This document shows positions 60,516-64,000 of a DNA stretch of 64,000 bases, piece after piece (position 1 is the first letter of the stretch; each line of letters begins with the position of its first letter). Origin of the DNA: Eledone cirrhosa (taxonomy: Eukaryota). The stretch covers positions 42,718,001-42,782,000 of the forward strand of contig OZ024753.1 in assembly GCA_964016885.1 (NCBI GenBank), read 5' to 3'. Position numbers and translations under genes: made by a program. The notes under the pieces were generated by a model, which saw nothing but the letters and a program-made list of their open reading frames with translations, ran no database searches and was not told the origin of the DNA.

Positions 60516-60909
60516 ATATGCGTGTGTATATGTGTGTGTGTGCTGCAATACAGTGAGGGCCTCAATTGTTTTGTCACTATAAGATATTTACCTTGGCCTT
60601 GTTCCTGAATGAGAAATCAATGATATTTGTTTACTTAACTCGTTTATCTTCTCCCATTTATTTCCTTATTCCATTTTGTTAATTTATTTTAATTTACTTT
60701 AAGATTGATGAAATGCCAGGGATATTAAAAAATTGAATCAGATTAACTGTATTTGATTCATCTTACTGGGAACGAAGGAAAAAGAAAAAAAGTTGGTAAT
60801 AAGACTTGATGAAGGAAACACTGTTTCTCTTGCTTCTATTATCTGGCAGACGATATTCCTGGTAAAAGAAAGGAGGAAAGGAGTTGATCGCCAGATCTGA
60901 CAAAGGAAA

Positions 60910-61192
60910 CAATGCTTCCGTTGGTCTTTTTCCATTGTTGATTCTGTGGATCGCAAGTAGCAGAGCATTCCACAGACACGTGTAGCAAGAAAGTAATTTT
61001 CAGAGACATTCAGGCTGAGAAAGTATGTAACAATGCTGGGCCTTGGAAATACTGATGAAAGTCAAATTTTTCCTAGCTGAGTGGACTGGAGAAACGTTAT
61101 GAAATAAAGTGTCTTACTCAAGGACATAAACCCTCACCTGGGATCGAACTGTTGACTTTAGAATCATGAGTCGAATACCTTAACCACTAAAC
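60910..61192 (-). mobile_element. Old CORE-type SINE
   Basis: agctgagtggactggag..gaaataaagtgtcttactcaaggaca, reversed B box ggatcgaact and A box taaccacta. Confidence 0.7.
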
Positions 61193-61240
61193 CCTGTAAA
61201 CGGCCTTCCTTTAATGGTCAGGATAATTACTACAAACAAA

Positions 61241-61432
61241 TAATTGTTTCTACTTTTGGCACAAGGCCAGCAATTGTCCCAGTGCATTACTGGTACTTTA
61301 TTTGATCGAACCCGTAAGGATGAAAGGCAAAGTTAACCTCGGCGGGATTTGAACTCAGACTACAAAGGGCCGTAACTCTATGCTGCAAAGCATGGTGTCC
61401 GATCTTCTACCGATACTGCCAATCCACCGCCC
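61241..61432 (-). mobile_element. Full-length SINE with ~15-bp TSD ctacaaa(c/t)aaataat
   Basis: Reverse complement of 9088-9276; direct repeat flanks. Confidence 0.92.
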
Positions 61433-62101
61433 CTACAAATAAATAATATGCGTAATGGCCAAAATAAAATGTTTAAATTCTGAATTTTAAAAGCAACTAA
61501 TTACCTATGAAAATTATCCTGGTTTTGATATTTTTCTCTTCATGTGTTCATTGTTTTGTCGGTTGTTAGGGCAGCCTCCTTCAGTTCTATGTACAGCATC
61601 CATGGCACATATTAAACCTGCATTAGAGCAATTTTAACAACATCCTTGCAACAATATCAGTAAGAAAATATTGCCAGAAGAGTGTGATATCTTTCTTAAT
61701 TGATTTAAACTGTCGAAGCAGGATAAATACTGACTGCATTGAAGAAATTAATTAAATTGAACAGGCAAAATCAATATTAAAAACGTTAATAGGAATAGAA
61801 AGGAACGGTTCTGAAATCAGTGTACTGTGTAACGTGAGAATATTCAGTAAATGATTTTTGAACAGAGTAAACTTCGAAGAGGAAAAATGTAGTCCTACTT
61901 ATAAAAGAACCAAATAGCTGCACAAATACTAAACGTTATTATTATTTTATTATTATTTGTTAAGTTACCATATCGATTTTGTGTTCGACTCAAAGAGAAA
62001 CTATTTGAGTTATGGAATAGAAAAAAACCCCAACATTTTTTAGGTTATAAGAAATTAAGAAGTTTCGAAGTAAATATTGTATATCATAGCCAATGGATTA
62101 A

Positions 62102-62309
62102 CCCTTTAGCATTTAAACCGGCTGTATCCGGCCAGAACTCTCTCACCTCTTTCTGTTTAAACCGTCTATAACAGGCCTCTCATAATGATGTTAAGGTATT
62201 GTTCTCAAAATAAATAATATCAAAATCTCTTAGATTTGATATTATGTGAGGTAAAGACTTTACTATGAAAATACAATAGTAAATATAGAGTAATGTAAAT
62301 GCTAAAGGG
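62102..62309. mobile_element. piggyBac-type MITE
   Basis: Perfect 14-bp TIR ccctttagcattta / taaatgctaaaggg flanked by TTAA on both sides. Confidence 0.85.
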
Positions 62310-62559
62310 TTAAGGTGTTCGATTCCCAATCGTTAAGTACCAAGTTCGATCTGATTGTGTGGGAGGGGCCTGTTGGACATTTCTTTATTACTCTAGTATG
62401 TGTTCTAACTGATAGGCTGAGGCACTACCATGTCTTATTTACTATCGATTCCGGTTGACCAATACATTGTTAGTGAAATTGGGAAAAACAGAAACTGATT
62501 GCTATATTCCCAGATGGACTGTACCTGTAATTTAAAATTACAGGTACAACTTGTGTTTT

Positions 62560-63182
62560 TACATGTCAATAGATCGTCTTGTCTATTACATCCCAATAGA
62601 ACCTCCTGTCTATTACATCCCAATAGAACACCTTGTCTATTGCATTCCAATAGAACCTCCTGTATTACATCCCAATAGAACACCTTGTCTATTACATTCC
62701 AATACAGCCTCCTGTATTACATCCCAATAGAACCACTTAGTCTATTACATCCCAATAGAACGTCCTGTCTATTACATGTCAATGGAATGCCCTGTCTATT
62801 ACATTCCAATAGAACCTCCTGTCTATTACATCCCAATAGAACTTCCTGTCTATTACATCCCAATAGAACTTCCTGTCTATTACATCCCAATAGAACGTCC
62901 TGTCTATTACATCCCAATAGAACGAATGTCCTGTCTATTACATGTCAATGGAATGCCCTATCTATTACATTCCGATAGAACCTCCTGTCTATTACATCCC
63001 AATAGAACCTCCTGTCTATTACATCCCAATAGAACCTCCTGTCTATTACATCCCAATAGAACAAATGTCCTGTCTATTACATGTCAATGGAATGTCCTGC
63101 CTTTTACAAAACAATAGAACGAATGTCCTGTCTATTACATGTCAATAGAAGGAACACCTTATCTATTAGAAGCCAATAGAAG
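62560..63182. repeat. 27-bp minisatellite (~22 copies) with periodic variant units
   Basis: Unit tctattacatcccaatagaacctcctg; variant acatgtcaatggaatg recurs. Confidence 0.93.
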
Positions 63183-63394
63183 GTGTTAAGAGCTTGTAGT
63201 ACCTGTTCACACAGGAAACACAGGAAACAGAGAGAAATATAATTAAAAAGCTACAAGATAATTCTATAGAAATATCATTAGTTGTAAATATGGAAATATA
63301 TTGTATACAGGTCAGGTCTTAAAGTGGAAATTTAATCAATAATCTTCTTCAATTTTCTTCATACTACATTTTCAAATTGTTGTAGTTAACGATT

Positions 63395-64000
63395 TACACA
63401 TACACACTGATGCCTATATATACACACTGATATACACACTGATACACATACACCCTGATGTCTATATATACACACTGATGTCTATATATACACACTGATA
63501 CACACACATACACACTGATGTCTATATATACGCACTGATACACACATACACACTGATGTCTATATATATATATACACTGACATACACATTTACACATACA
63601 CAGTGATGTCTATATATACACACTGATATACACACTGATACACACACATACACACTGATGTCTATATATACACACTGATACACACATACACACTGATGTC
63701 TATATATATATATATACACTGACATACACATTTACACATACACAGTGATGTCTATATATATATATATATATATACACACTGATACACACACACACTGACA
63801 CACGCATTTATACATACACACTGATGTCTATATATATATATACACTGACATACACATTTACACATACACAGTGATGTCTATATATATATATATATATACA
63901 CACTGATACACACACACACTGACACACGCATTTATACATACACACTGATGTCTATATATATATATACACTGACATACACATTTACACATACACAGTGATG
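63395..64000. repeat. Compound minisatellite (cacactgatgtctatata...)
   Basis: Direct reading; runs off the window end. Confidence 0.9.

Overview
Eukaryotic, very AT-rich, repeat-dominated non-coding DNA, most likely intronic or intergenic sequence of an octopod cephalopod. That taxon call is inferred from recalled octopus-type tRNA-derived SINEs and huge compound (TA)n arrays. No host protein-coding gene is supported; almost all listed ORFs are microsatellite artefacts. Real coding remnants are a 5'-truncated CR1/L2-group LINE reverse transcriptase (15321-16434, minus) and an RTE-like C-terminus (45893-46039). The window also holds about 25 SINE copies or fragments, a complete non-autonomous Helitron, piggyBac- and hAT-type MITEs and many minisatellites. 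The main finding is a set of short (about 150-310 bp) non-coding inserts in or next to (TA)n tracts. They carry type I hammerhead ribozyme folds of at least five distinct sequence families, several with minimal helix III and palindromic loops as in Penelope-like elements and retrozymes. Many are fold-back (inverted) duplications whose breakpoints fall inside the ribozyme. All folds were paired by eye; none has been computed or tested.
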